Position numbers and translations under genes: made by a program | Assembly: GCA_963768055.1 (NCBI GenBank) | Contig: CAVYGN010000002.1 | Location: 1,088,001-1,152,000 of the forward strand | Length of the DNA stretch: 64,000 nucleotides | DNA from: an uncultured Spirochaetota bacterium | Lineage (GTDB): Bacteria; Spirochaetota; Brevinematia; Brevinematales; JAOACQ01 | Direction: 5' to 3' | Shown: positions 48,928-59,139 of the stretch, in pieces | How positions within the stretch are numbered: position 1 is the stretch's first letter | Layout: each line of letters starts with the position of its first letter | Notes under the pieces: model-generated | Seen by the model: the letters and a program-made list of their open reading frames with translations, nothing else | Database searches by the model: none | What the model was told of the DNA's origin: nothing

Positions 48928-51252
48928 TTAATTCGATTTAGTAAACAAATTATCAATTGCATTTTCTTCATTGATAAAATCCATTGCTTCATCATAGTAA
49001 TAATCATGATCTTGTCTCATAGCCTCTTGTATCTTATCCTCGTTTATTTCTTCTTGAATCAAATTATCTTTAATTTTTTCCTCCCAATAAAATTGGTCCA
49101 TAGAAATTCCGAAATTATAATCAAATGAACTATTTGGGAATAGCTTATTCTTCAATTCACTTTCTAATTCTTCTAAATCTTCATAAAGTTTAATAACCTC
49201 ATCTATATTAGTTATCTTACTATTTTCATCTTTCAAATTTATCTCATTTCCTTTGAGGACTTCTTCAATAACCTCAATAAGTTTATTACATCCATGTGTT
49301 GATACAGTATACTCATCATAATCATACCCAAATTTCTCAAATAGAATTGGTATGTTTTTTGCATCGTCTTCCTCGAAAATAGAAATCATGATATTTTCAA
49401 TTATTATAATAAAGTTATTTTTTATATAGTCAAAAGTTTGCGGTGCATCACCTAAATTCAATAAAACATATTCAATTTTCTCAAATATATCTATCCAGCT
49501 TTTTGAATAGTCCAACTTTATAAAATGTTCTAAAAGCTTTGAATCAATATTTACTTGATTACAATAAATACATAATGTCTCTAATATTAAAGCATGATTT
49601 CTATTGTTATCATCATCAATTTTTGTTATAAAATTTGAAATCCTATCCCTTATTATTATTTGTAATTCTTTTTCTAAAGGGATTAAAGAATACTTAGGAT
49701 TAAATCTCTTCAATTGTTCTACAAATAACACACTTGAAACAATGCTTTTCCTCTCTGGATAGGAATCAGAAACATATCCAATTAAAAAATCATTCAAAGA
49801 AGGATTAATAAAATCGAACAATCTTTCAGGCGGAGAGACATCAAGAAGTAAAGAAGTAATAAAACCGTTTAATAGAATTTTAATTGATTCATTAAATTGA
49901 TTTGTGTTTATTATTTGGTTATGAACAATTTTTTCATAATTTAGTCTATTTTCGAATGCTAAAAATAATGAACTTTCATTTGGTCTATAAGGAAAAGTAA
50001 ATAATGTCAGAAGTAAACATCGATCTAAATAACTAATTTGGTTATTATAAGAATAATTCCATATTTCCTTTGGATTATTAAGATTATTTAAAATAAATTG
50101 ATGATAATCATCAGAATTAAACTTTTCAATCCTTGAATTATCAGTAATAAATTCAATTATCCGTGGAGTATAATTTTTATGCTCAATTATTGCTTTGTAA
50201 AACTTTTCATTAAGAATGCTATTAAATAATTCTGGTCCAATTCCTTTAAAGTATAAATGATTATATAAAATCAAAGCTTTTTCAAATTTACTATAATCAC
50301 TAAGTTTGATTTCAAATTGCCTCGAATCTAATTTAGATTGGTTGATTTTCTCATATTTTTCTACCGCATGGTTAAGGATGACAGTCCGTGTTGTTAAGAT
50401 TAAATATTTGTTTGGAGTATTCTTTATCCTTTCGAAAAATGAAGTTAGCTGTGTTTCTGTCTTTTGAGCATTAACTATTTCAAAATAATTTGCCCCTAAA
50501 AAATCATCAAAATAAAACAGTTGTTTTTCTTCAATATGAGGGGATATAACATCTTCTGCTTCTTTAATGTTTTCAACTTTGTAAATTTTATAACCATTTT
50601 TAGCTCTATCAAAAAGAATTATTTCTGCTAAAGTTGTTTTACCTATACCTGGTTGTCCAGTAATTAATAAAAGTTTTTCCTTTTGCAAAATTGTATTTGC
50701 ATCATCTAATTTTTTTGTAATAACATAAAATGGTATTTTCTCGTTAATTCTTTCTAATAAATATTTTGTTCTACCTTCTATCGCATTATGAATAATAGAA
50801 TTGAAAACATTTATACTTGAAAACCAAAGTTTAAAGTGCCTTTTTTCAATTTCGCAAAATTCTGATAAGAATCCATTTAAATCTTCTTGTCCAATTATAT
50901 CATTTGATGTTAGAACATATGGAGATAAAATATTCTTTAATTCATCTTTTTGAATTGCAGAAAGTGGAAGAGAAGTCACCACAATATATCGGTCAGGTTT
51001 TAATAATTTTATTTTATTTAATTCTTCATTTAAAAGCTTATTTTTGAGTTGGGGGAAACCTGAACGTATATAATGCTTTGCTTGAACTACTATGGAATTA
51101 TTATTTTCTTGGGTTGAATACCTTAAATCAATTCCTTCATCTTTCCCTGTTTTGAAATTTTGAAGATTAAGATTGAATTTCGCATTAAGTAAGTCTTTAG
51201 TTATCTCTTCAAAATCTTTGTCATTCAGTGTGGAAAAATTATAATTGTTTAT
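48928..51252 (-). CDS. Mrr-like restriction endonuclease fused to nSTAND-type NTPase (defence); in-frame start is ATA (mutated or non-canonical)
   Basis: Frame open 90 codons upstream of the called GTG: DFEE...GKDEGIDL...VVQAKHY; Walker A GQPGIGKT, FYFDDFLG; SD GGAGGG 5 nt before ATA. Confidence 0.8.
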   Translation of the reverse strand: MNNYNFSTLNDKDFEEITKDLLNAKFNLNLQNFKTGKDEGIDLRYSTQENNNSIVVQAKHYIRSGFPQLKNKLLNEELNKIKLLKPDRYIVVTSLPLSAIQKDELKNILSPYVLTSNDIIGQEDLNGFLSEFCEIEKRHFKLWFSSINVFNSIIHNAIEGRTKYLLERINEKIPFYVITKKLDDANTILQKEKLLLITGQPGIGKTTLAEIILFDRAKNGYKIYKVENIKEAEDVISPHIEEKQLFYFDDFLGANYFEIVNAQKTETQLTSFFERIKNTPNKYLILTTRTVILNHAVEKYEKINQSKLDSRQFEIKLSDYSKFEKALILYNHLYFKGIGPELFNSILNEKFYKAIIEHKNYTPRIIEFITDNSRIEKFNSDDYHQFILNNLNNPKEIWNYSYNNQISYLDRCLLLTLFTFPYRPNESSLFLAFENRLNYEKIVHNQIINTNQFNESIKILLNGFITSLLLDVSPPERLFDFINPSLNDFLIGYVSDSYPERKSIVSSVLFVEQLKRFNPKYSLIPLEKELQIIIRDRISNFITKIDDDNNRNHALILETLCIYCNQVNIDSKLLEHFIKLDYSKSWIDIFEKIEYVLLNLGDAPQTFDYIKNNFIIIIENIMISIFEEDDAKNIPILFEKFGYDYDEYTVSTHGCNKLIEVIEEVLKGNEINLKDENSKITNIDEVIKLYEDLEELESELKNKLFPNSSFDYNFGISMDQFYWEEKIKDNLIQEEINEDKIQEAMRQDHDYYYDEAMDFINEENAIDNLFTKSN

Positions 51253-51322
51253 TTTTTCCCTCCATAATCCGCTTCAACAACTCTTCTGCAGGATCATCAT
51301 TCGGGTCTTGTTCAATAAGTCT
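51239..51322 (-). pseudogene. Relic of a Type I R-M specificity subunit (HsdS) C-terminus
   Basis: RLIEQDPNDDPAEELLKRIMEGK resembles the LVPQDPNDEPASELLxRI motif. Confidence 0.6.
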
Positions 51323-51331
51323 ACTTAATCT

Positions 51332-54300
51332 TTAAAATTTAACTACCTTATCAATCTCTTTCATAATCCTATCTGTTTCAGTCAAAGCTACAATGATCTT
51401 CTGATAATGTAATATATCGTCAAAAGAAAGTTCTTTATCTTTACGATCTTTTAGCCATTTCTGGGCCGGTTGATAACCCCCAATATAAAACTCCCAGGCT
51501 ATATCTGGGACTTTATCAAAATATTGGATATCATTTATATATACTTTCACATTTTCATAATAAACTTTTTCAACTCGATTATTCCCTTTAATTGGATAAG
51601 AAGTTATCAATTGATTAACAACAGGGCTTTCTAAAAGGTGGATCTGGCGTAGATCACCGCCGAGTTTTACCAGCTTGCGGAAGGTGTCGATATTTTCCGG
51701 ATATGGTACACGAGGAAAATCAATTTTCAGGAATTCATTGTATTTTTCACGGTAAGTAGGAGAGTGCAGGATAGCATAAATATAGTCGATAATATCAATC
51801 GGTGCGAAAGTTTTATTAACATTTTCTTTTTCAGGTGTGAATATCAGGTTCAATTTAGTAGTAATCTGTACAACAATTTCTGGATTTAAATTTGGTTCTC
51901 TATTGGTTTTTAATGCGCCATCTTCTGCGTAAAGATAAGTGGGAGCCAAATAACTAATCCCAGCGCCAGCACTTTTATTACCAGCAGAACATTGATCTGT
52001 AATGTATTTTGAAATAAAAATACTAAACTCATAATTTGAACTCATTGGTCGAATCCAATTCAAACCCAAATTTTCACCCTTTAGAAAGTGCTGCATAACT
52101 TTTTCTCTTGTTCTTTCAACAAGATTTGTATCATAATAAACATATTTGCTATCAAAAGGGCGATATGAAATTTTTTTTATTAAATTATTATCAGATTTTA
52201 TCTTGTAATAATCTTCAATGTTATTTCTTAAATCTTCTTTTTTGTCATTAATTAAAATAGAATCGTTGCCTGATACTATTCCTACACTATTAATTGAAAA
52301 CAATTCAACAACAGAAAACCCTTTGTAATATAATTTCTGATTATCAAAATCTTTCCGAACGAAAAAGAAATTCGGTGAAATATTTTCAAGAACTTGGTAT
52401 GATACATTTTTAATATTATTAACTAATAAATAATTGTATTTATGTTCTCGTTGCCCAAACAAATCAAAATGATAAACCTTACCCAGATCATTTATTTTTT
52501 TCTTACCTGTTTTAATAAAGAGATTAATACTTACACCTTGCATAATATCGAAAACATTTTGATCTATCGAACCATCCTCAGCAGTTTCTTTTTTCTTAGT
52601 ATTTCCATGTAAATCAATTGTAAATATTTTATCATAAGTTTTTAAGAGATTCCACCGCATTCCACGGAATGTTGGATTGTCCAGAAAACCATGGGGATTG
52701 ATAAAACCAAGAATCCCTTCACCATTCTTCTCAATAAAGTATTGACCAAACCGGATGAATTTCACATAATCGTCATTAATCCATTTTGGATTTTTTTCAT
52801 CTAATTTATCAATACCACCAGGCTCTTTTTTATAATCTTCCATCAATTTCATAATCCATTCACCCTTATTAGAACTTTCACCGCTATAAGGGGGATTACC
52901 AATAATCACCATTACTGGTGTATCCCGTTTTACATAATTTGCTTCAGTAGCTTCTCTTGCAAGCCAGCTTGCAAATAATGTTCCAGTTTCAGGATGGTAT
53001 TCTTCAAGACTATTAGTTAAAAACACCCTGAGTCTTTTTTGTTTGTTTTCCTCTCTTGGTTTATAACCTGTATCTCGTAGAAGAATTTCAAGTTTTAAAT
53101 GACACATAGTATAAGGAGCCATTAGTATTTCAAAACCGTTTAAACGCGGAATTAAATGTTCTTCGACATAAGTATTCCAGAGCCCTTCTTGACCATTGAA
53201 CTTCTTGTAGATCTGCCTAACTACCTCAGTTAAAAATGTTCCAGTTCCGGCAGCCGGATCAAGAATCTGGACTTTATGAACTTCGATTTCTTTCATTGGA
53301 GTTGATTTCATATTCTTATGTGGAATAATTTCATGATCTTCAACTCTTATTTTTACTTTTGAATTATCTGCAAGTCCGGTTGGTAGACCAAATTCTTCTT
53401 TAAGAATATCATCCACGGCGCGGACAATGAAATTGACTACAGGCTGAGGTGTATAATAAACCCCCCTGGATTTACGAAGAGCCGGATCATATTCCGCAAG
53501 AAAGGTTTCGTAGAAATGAATAAAAGGGTCTTCTTGCCCGGTTGATTTACCAAAGTCAGATAAAAGAGCTTTAAGGTCTGTTGCCCTGAATATATCAGCA
53601 AGGTCATTGACAATCCAGATAACTCGGTCGTCTAAATCAGCACCGGATACATAATCAAATAAACTTCTCAAAAACGGGTTTGATCTTGGTATAAGGTCCC
53701 GCGCTTTCTGCCTGGTAAAATCATTTAAAGTAGTATCATGAAGCCGGGCTGCAAATAGACCATATGCTATTGTCTGAGCATATATATCTGCAAATGTCTT
53801 TTCAGTAAGATCATGAATAAGAATTTGCCGGAATGCTTTAAGCTGATCTTTTAAAGTATTGTTTTCATCATCTTCTTTAACTGAATTATATAGAACTTCT
53901 TCCATCATCCTTGCTTTTTGAGCCATTAATTCTGCAAGTTTCTCTGCAGATTTAATCGTCTGCCCTGTGAATTCACAAAAATTCTGGATATAAGTAGTAA
54001 AGGAATCAAAGTTTTCTGGATGTGTAATAACTGTTCCATCATCTATAGATGCAATTTTAATTTCTTTTACCTTCTGCCCAAATTTAAAAAAATGGAATTC
54101 CAGGTAATCAGTTAAAATTAAATTATCCAGGCTTTTTAAATATCGAGTCATTTGGTCAGAATTTTCTTCTTTCGATAAGACAATGCCTATATCCTTTGCT
54201 TCAATATATCCTATAGGAACTTCTTTCCTCTGTATAATATAATCAGGAGCTCCGCATTTCTGTCTTTTAGGTTCATTGGTTATAGTAATACCTTTGACCA

Positions 54301-54403
54301 ATTCACTAATCAAACCCTGTAAATCCGATCGATAACTATGCTCAGTTGAAATTCCATCAGAATATCTTTTTTTAACCTGTTTCAAATATTCATTAATAGG
54401 CAT
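51332..54403 (-). CDS. Fused restriction-modification enzyme (Type IIG-like: PD-(D/E)XK nuclease + N6-adenine MTase + Type ISP-like C-terminal specificity domain)
   Basis: APDY...YIEAK, GVYYTP, DPAAGTG, GNPPY, YRPFD, IGGYQPAQKWLKDRK; no helicase motifs seen. Confidence 0.88.
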   Translation of the reverse strand: MPINEYLKQVKKRYSDGISTEHSYRSDLQGLISELVKGITITNEPKRQKCGAPDYIIQRKEVPIGYIEAKDIGIVLSKEENSDQMTRYLKSLDNLILTDYLEFHFFKFGQKVKEIKIASIDDGTVITHPENFDSFTTYIQNFCEFTGQTIKSAEKLAELMAQKARMMEEVLYNSVKEDDENNTLKDQLKAFRQILIHDLTEKTFADIYAQTIAYGLFAARLHDTTLNDFTRQKARDLIPRSNPFLRSLFDYVSGADLDDRVIWIVNDLADIFRATDLKALLSDFGKSTGQEDPFIHFYETFLAEYDPALRKSRGVYYTPQPVVNFIVRAVDDILKEEFGLPTGLADNSKVKIRVEDHEIIPHKNMKSTPMKEIEVHKVQILDPAAGTGTFLTEVVRQIYKKFNGQEGLWNTYVEEHLIPRLNGFEILMAPYTMCHLKLEILLRDTGYKPREENKQKRLRVFLTNSLEEYHPETGTLFASWLAREATEANYVKRDTPVMVIIGNPPYSGESSNKGEWIMKLMEDYKKEPGGIDKLDEKNPKWINDDYVKFIRFGQYFIEKNGEGILGFINPHGFLDNPTFRGMRWNLLKTYDKIFTIDLHGNTKKKETAEDGSIDQNVFDIMQGVSINLFIKTGKKKINDLGKVYHFDLFGQREHKYNYLLVNNIKNVSYQVLENISPNFFFVRKDFDNQKLYYKGFSVVELFSINSVGIVSGNDSILINDKKEDLRNNIEDYYKIKSDNNLIKKISYRPFDSKYVYYDTNLVERTREKVMQHFLKGENLGLNWIRPMSSNYEFSIFISKYITDQCSAGNKSAGAGISYLAPTYLYAEDGALKTNREPNLNPEIVVQITTKLNLIFTPEKENVNKTFAPIDIIDYIYAILHSPTYREKYNEFLKIDFPRVPYPENIDTFRKLVKLGGDLRQIHLLESPVVNQLITSYPIKGNNRVEKVYYENVKVYINDIQYFDKVPDIAWEFYIGGYQPAQKWLKDRKDKELSFDDILHYQKIIVALTETDRIMKEIDKVVKF

Positions 54404-54524
54404 TATAACCCCTTTTTTATCCCGGAACATTTAATAAATGATTATACACCCACTACATATTTCAGGCAAAAGAATAGGATTGTCTGGCTTTCCCAGCATA
54501 TTACTTTTTCCAACTTTTCATTGT

Positions 54525-54932
54525 TTATATGATACCTTTACTTTTAAAATATTCAGTATATTTTTTATCTTCTTTTTGCATATGATCAGAGAACCATTCT
54601 TTCAGATAATTCAGGACTTCTATGCTGATAAGCGTATCACCTTTTTCATAGCTTCCGAACATTTCTCCCACCTTTTCCTCAAATTCCCTGTGTAAATTTG
54701 AATGCTCCATTAATTCGGGAAAACCGAACTTTTTCATCAATTCTTCCTCTTCAGAGAAATGCTCTTTTGCATAATCAATAAGCCCGCTGAAAACATAATT
54801 CAGGGTCTCCCTTCCCATCCCAATTTTCATAGCCTCAAAAAGATTATTTATGATCTCAATGAGTTTCTTATGTTGATCATCCATTTCGTTTACACCCACA
54901 CTCAATGTTTTATCCCGAATGATTAAAGCCAT
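54525..54932 (-). CDS. Bacteriohemerythrin
   Basis: SVGVNEMDDQH, HFSEEE, H..LH, HMQKED. Confidence 0.92.
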   Translation of the reverse strand: MALIIRDKTLSVGVNEMDDQHKKLIEIINNLFEAMKIGMGRETLNYVFSGLIDYAKEHFSEEEELMKKFGFPELMEHSNLHREFEEKVGEMFGSYEKGDTLISIEVLNYLKEWFSDHMQKEDKKYTEYFKSKGII

Positions 54933-55077
54933 ATTACCCTCTTAAAAACTAACAATTCAATTATAACCCTGCTTAAGAAAAGAAGCAAAGTACAATGGGT
55001 TTTTCTGGCCGTGCCAGGATATAATCTCTCCCTTATTCAATTTTAAATTTATCCGATATTTTCACAAGGAGGGCAGT

Positions 55078-55284
55078 ATGCAGGCACATTATATTGAATT
55101 TAATGGAAAATTATTTTGGATACAGACAAAGCAATTTGATGAAACATTTATAACCGAAATACTTGATAATGGTCAAAATATCGCTTCCCTTACTTTAGAG
55201 GAACCGGCATCTGATGAATTAATCAAGGAAACCCTTATTTCTAAGCTCCAGGGGGAGAAGGTGCTGGAATTGGTAGAAGATTAA
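55078..55284 (+). CDS. Small hypothetical protein
   Basis: SD AGGAGGG, 68-aa ORF. Confidence 0.55.
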   Translation: MQAHYIEFNGKLFWIQTKQFDETFITEILDNGQNIASLTLEEPASDELIKETLISKLQGEKVLELVED

Positions 55285-55325
55285 TTAATGCTAAAGAAAT
55301 ACAAATAACTTTTTTTAAAATCAGC

Positions 55326-56192
55326 TTAAAATTCGGCATTTAAAAGAATATCAATAATTTTCACTTCATTTTTTAGTGTATTATTATTTCTATCTTTAAC
55401 TTTAAATCTGATAATGGATCTTGTTTTACTTACAATTTCACAAGAATATGAATCATTATTAAATTTAATAATTAATTCAGGTGGAATTCTCATAGGAACA
55501 ACAAATACTATTTTGTAAATCCCTTCATTATTAGGAGAGTAAATAATCATATCGTTAATATTATTTATTTTTTGATGGAATGAGATTAAAGCACTATCTT
55601 TATCCAGCATTTGCTTTTCTGATAAACCAATTTTGGGAGTAATATAAATAAACTTTTCTCTTAGTTCTGTTTTAATTTTTATTAATGGTTTTGATATTTG
55701 AATAATAAAACTAAATAGATTTTTATATCGTATTGCAAAATAAGGAGAATCAAATTGATGATTCCATGGTGCAACGATGAATGTGAATTGATATGGAATT
55801 TTTGAATTATCTATAGTAATAATATTATCTTCTTTTGATAACTTATTATCACATGTATCAAATTTATCAATTTGAGGGATAATAACTTCTGCTATTATAT
55901 TAAGTTTAGTAATATTGCATATCGGTTCAAAATAATTTAAGACATTATTTATATTATGATATCTAACACATCCACTAGCATGATATGAAATTTTTTTCCG
56001 TTTTTCTCTACCCTTGTTTAATTGATATTTTAATATTTCATCATTATTTGAATCCATCTGGATAAATTCACTATTAACACCCTTTCTTTGTATAGTAATG
56101 TAAAATGAGCCATCAGAATCTTCTAATTTATAATTAATAAAATTATAAATAATATTATTTGAAGAAATTAAAATATTTCTACTATTATTCAT
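55326..56192 (-). CDS. Hypothetical protein
   Basis: 288-aa AT-rich ORF; KISYHASG motif. Confidence 0.65.
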   Translation of the reverse strand: MNNSRNILISSNNIIYNFINYKLEDSDGSFYITIQRKGVNSEFIQMDSNNDEILKYQLNKGREKRKKISYHASGCVRYHNINNVLNYFEPICNITKLNIIAEVIIPQIDKFDTCDNKLSKEDNIITIDNSKIPYQFTFIVAPWNHQFDSPYFAIRYKNLFSFIIQISKPLIKIKTELREKFIYITPKIGLSEKQMLDKDSALISFHQKINNINDMIIYSPNNEGIYKIVFVVPMRIPPELIIKFNNDSYSCEIVSKTRSIIRFKVKDRNNNTLKNEVKIIDILLNAEF

Positions 56193-56318
56193 TTTTTCAC
56201 TATCACTTTTAAAAAAGATTCTTCATTCTATCACATCCTCTTCCAAAAAACAAGTCCTTTATCATTTACATTTTGTCAAAATCGCTATACAATAATGGAA
56301 AATCAATAAGGAGCCCTT

Positions 56319-56891
56319 ATGCCTATCAACTTACCTGATTATTCTGATAGCGATGAAGAAAGAAAACTTGAAGCACAATACAAAGTATTACGAAAAATAT
56401 TCATCAAAGACTATGAACCTCTTACTCTGGATAAGCTGATTATGAAAAAAGTAATTCCAGTATTCAAAGCGGTAGTTAAGGAAAATGCTTCAAAAATGGG
56501 GAAGAATATCACCACTGAAAAGATTGATTTCAGCACTTTCACAATTTCAAAATCGACTCATGTCAGATACTTCGAGGTTCAGAAAAAGTATATAGAGAAG
56601 TATTTTGCTGGAAAAGCTCGCTATTTTAACGAGTTCATTATTGTGAATGGATGCGACAGCCTGCTTAAAATGAAGGGAAAACTGACAGGTAAGCCGATCA
56701 AGGGTAAGATCCATCTCAAACTTTGGTTCTATGAATTTATCAATGATAAGCTGAAAGAAGCCCGAGACAAAATTATAGATGGAAATGTATTACCGAAGAC
56801 AGCCAGGATAAATGAGAAGAAGATTATGTTCAATGACCTCTTGATAAATGCTGGACTGGACTGTGTGGAAGAGATGGGGAAGAAAGGATAG
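56319..56891 (+). CDS. Hypothetical protein
   Basis: SD AAGGAG, 190-aa ORF upstream of tcmP. Confidence 0.65.
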   Translation: MPINLPDYSDSDEERKLEAQYKVLRKIFIKDYEPLTLDKLIMKKVIPVFKAVVKENASKMGKNITTEKIDFSTFTISKSTHVRYFEVQKKYIEKYFAGKARYFNEFIIVNGCDSLLKMKGKLTGKPIKGKIHLKLWFYEFINDKLKEARDKIIDGNVLPKTARINEKKIMFNDLLINAGLDCVEEMGKKG

Positions 56892-56913
56892 TAAAAAAAT
56901 ATAGGTAGATATT

Positions 56914-58026
56914 ATGGCGGGAAAGAATAAAAAAATACACTTAAACGGTTTTGATTTCTATTTCTGGGACTACGAAGAACAGACAAAAATAAAGCATTTT
57001 GTTTTATCAGAATATTTTGATAAATGGGTTAAAATACTTGGAAAATGGAATAAACTAAACTATATCGATTGTTTTGCTGGAAGTGGTGCATACTTAGATG
57101 AAAAAGGAGAAATATATTATGGTTCACCGGTTCTTGCAGCTGAAGTTATTGAGTCTAATGGTAAAGAATTAAATCGCTCTGTAAATTTAGTTTTGATTGA
57201 ACATGATAATGATAATTTAGATAATATTACCAAGATTTTCAAATACAAAAAATTTGGGATCGAACCAATAATAATTAATGGTGATTTTGATAAATCAGTT
57301 AATGAAATTCTGGATAATACTAAAGGAAATATGAATCCTACCTTCTTTTTTATTGATCCATTCGGTTTTTCCATAAAATATGAAACATTAAAAAGAATTA
57401 TGAATATTCCAAAGTCTGAAATATTTCTAAATTTTATGTTTACTCAAATAAATCGATTTTTGATCACTGATTTGGAAGAAACATTAAATGAGTTATTTGG
57501 CTGTGAAGATTGGAAAGCATGTTCCGAGCATAGCGGTGCTGAACGCGAAGAATCTATTATTAATTTGTTTAGGTTGCAACTTAAAAATTTCTGTAAATTT
57601 GTTTGTCATTATAGGATGTCATTTGAACATAAAGATAGAACATATTATTACTTATTCCACTTAACTAATAGTGTTTTAGGCTGTTCAATTATGAAATCAT
57701 GTTTTGCAAAATTTAATAATGGAAAAGTAGAATATAGAGGACCAAAAAAATACGAAACATCCTTGTTCGATGATAAAAGTGTTATAATACATGATGTGCA
57801 AGATTTTCTTGAAAAAAACTTTAATGGGCAATCTTGTTCATTCAAAGAAATACTTTATGCAGTAATAGATGAAGTTCCCTATCTTGAAACTCATTTTTGA
57901 AGTGCAATTAAAGAAATGGAAAAAAAGAGAATAATCAAAATTAAACGGATACCTGAATTAACTTCAACTGGAAGAATAAGGAAAAGTATTGACCTGAATG
58001 ATATAGTTATATTTAACAAAGGATAA
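56914..58026 (+). pseudogene. tcmP: Three-Cys-motif partner protein TcmP with internal TGA at 57898
   Basis: TKIKH..L..Y, YIDCFAGSG, GSP, FFFIDPFG, SEIFLNF; frame continues 41 codons past the TGA to a TAA 3 nt before the next ATG. Confidence 0.8.
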
Positions 58027-58029
58027 GGA

Positions 58030-58791
58030 ATGGATAAAATTATTAGAAAATCATTGCTATATAAAACCGGTGTAGAATATGGTGATTACACTATAAATCA
58101 TATTGAAGGATGTTCTCATGGATGTCTTTATCCATGTTATGCTATGATTATGGCGAAAAGATTTGGTAGAATAAAAACTTATGATGATTGGTTAAAACCA
58201 AAAATCGTTGCTAATGCTATTGATTTACTTAAAACCGAGATACCCAAATTTCGAGATAAAATAAAATTTGTTCATCTCTGTTTTAGTACTGATCCGTTTA
58301 TGTATGGTCATAATGAAATCAGTGATTTAAGTCTAAAAATAATCAAATTGTTGAATAAGGATGGAATTCGATGTACAGCCTTAACAAAAGGATTGCTCCC
58401 TAAAGAATTGGTTGATACAGATATTCACAATGAATTCGGAATCACTATTATTTCATTGAGTGAATCCTTTAGGCTTAAGTTTGAACCCAAATCTGCGACT
58501 TATGAAGAACGGATAAGTAGCCTTTATTATTTGCATAAAAATAATATAAAAACTTGGGTAAGTATTGAACCATATCCAACTCCAAATATAATATCCTAAA
58601 ATTTTGATGAAATTTTAAATTCTATATCTTTTGTAGATAAAATCATATTCGGGAAGTTAAATTATAATTCCTTTGTCAAAAAGTATTCGAAGAACATCGA
58701 GTTTTATAATAATCTGAGCGATAGAGTGATAGAATTTTGTGAAGCAAATAACAAAGAATACCATATTAAGACAGGTACTATTATTATATAA
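58030..58791 (+). pseudogene. Radical SAM protein (SPL-like) with internal TAA at 58597
   Basis: GCSHGCLYPCYA, TDPF, LTKG, WVSIEP; frame continues 63 codons (NFDEILNSISFVDKIIFGKLNY...). Confidence 0.8.
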
Positions 58792-58994
58792 TTTGTTGTT
58801 GCCATCCGGTAAGGTAAGGAACCCACTCTTAAAAGCGGAAAATAATATCGGTGTTTTTAGGAAAGTAAAACCAGTGAAAGTGGGGAATTATGTGGTCCTG
58901 AAGGAAAGTTATTTTCACATATATCTTCTTTATTAGAGAACAATTAAATAATTTATAGTCTAACACTATATTTGATCTTTTCATACTGATATTT

Positions 58995-59065
58995 GGTGGC
59001 ATGTTTCACCCGGAATACCTGGCATATTTTATCCGGATTGGGTGGCAGGTTTGAACCGGATTACA
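58995..59065 (-). mobile_element. IS21-family-like terminal remnant
   Basis: Minus strand begins TG and has three tandem 23-bp units (A/T)TCCGG...AAA..TGCCA. Confidence 0.6.
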
Positions 59066-59089
59066 TGGAAGTTTTCATTCGGATTTCTC

Positions 59090-59113
59090 ACTTTGTTCCA
59101 ATTGGAACAAAGT
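59090..59113. repeat. Perfect 24-bp palindrome ACTTTGTTCCAATTGGAACAAAGT
   Basis: Identical to its own reverse complement. Confidence 0.9.
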
Positions 59114-59139
59114 CATGGTAATAAGAGAGTATTTGCTCA

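Noticed and set aside
57898..58599. Stop-codon reassignment or selenocysteine read-through in tcmP and the radical SAM gene
   Set aside because: Two different stops (TGA, TAA) are involved, both act as normal terminators elsewhere in the island, and the contexts suggest Arg and Gln rather than Sec
58995..59065. CRISPR repeats or a degenerate tRNA 3' end (att site)
   Set aside because: No spacers; the GGTTCAAA similarity is part of one of three tandem units better explained as an IS21-like end, and it does not match the tRNA-Ser 3' end
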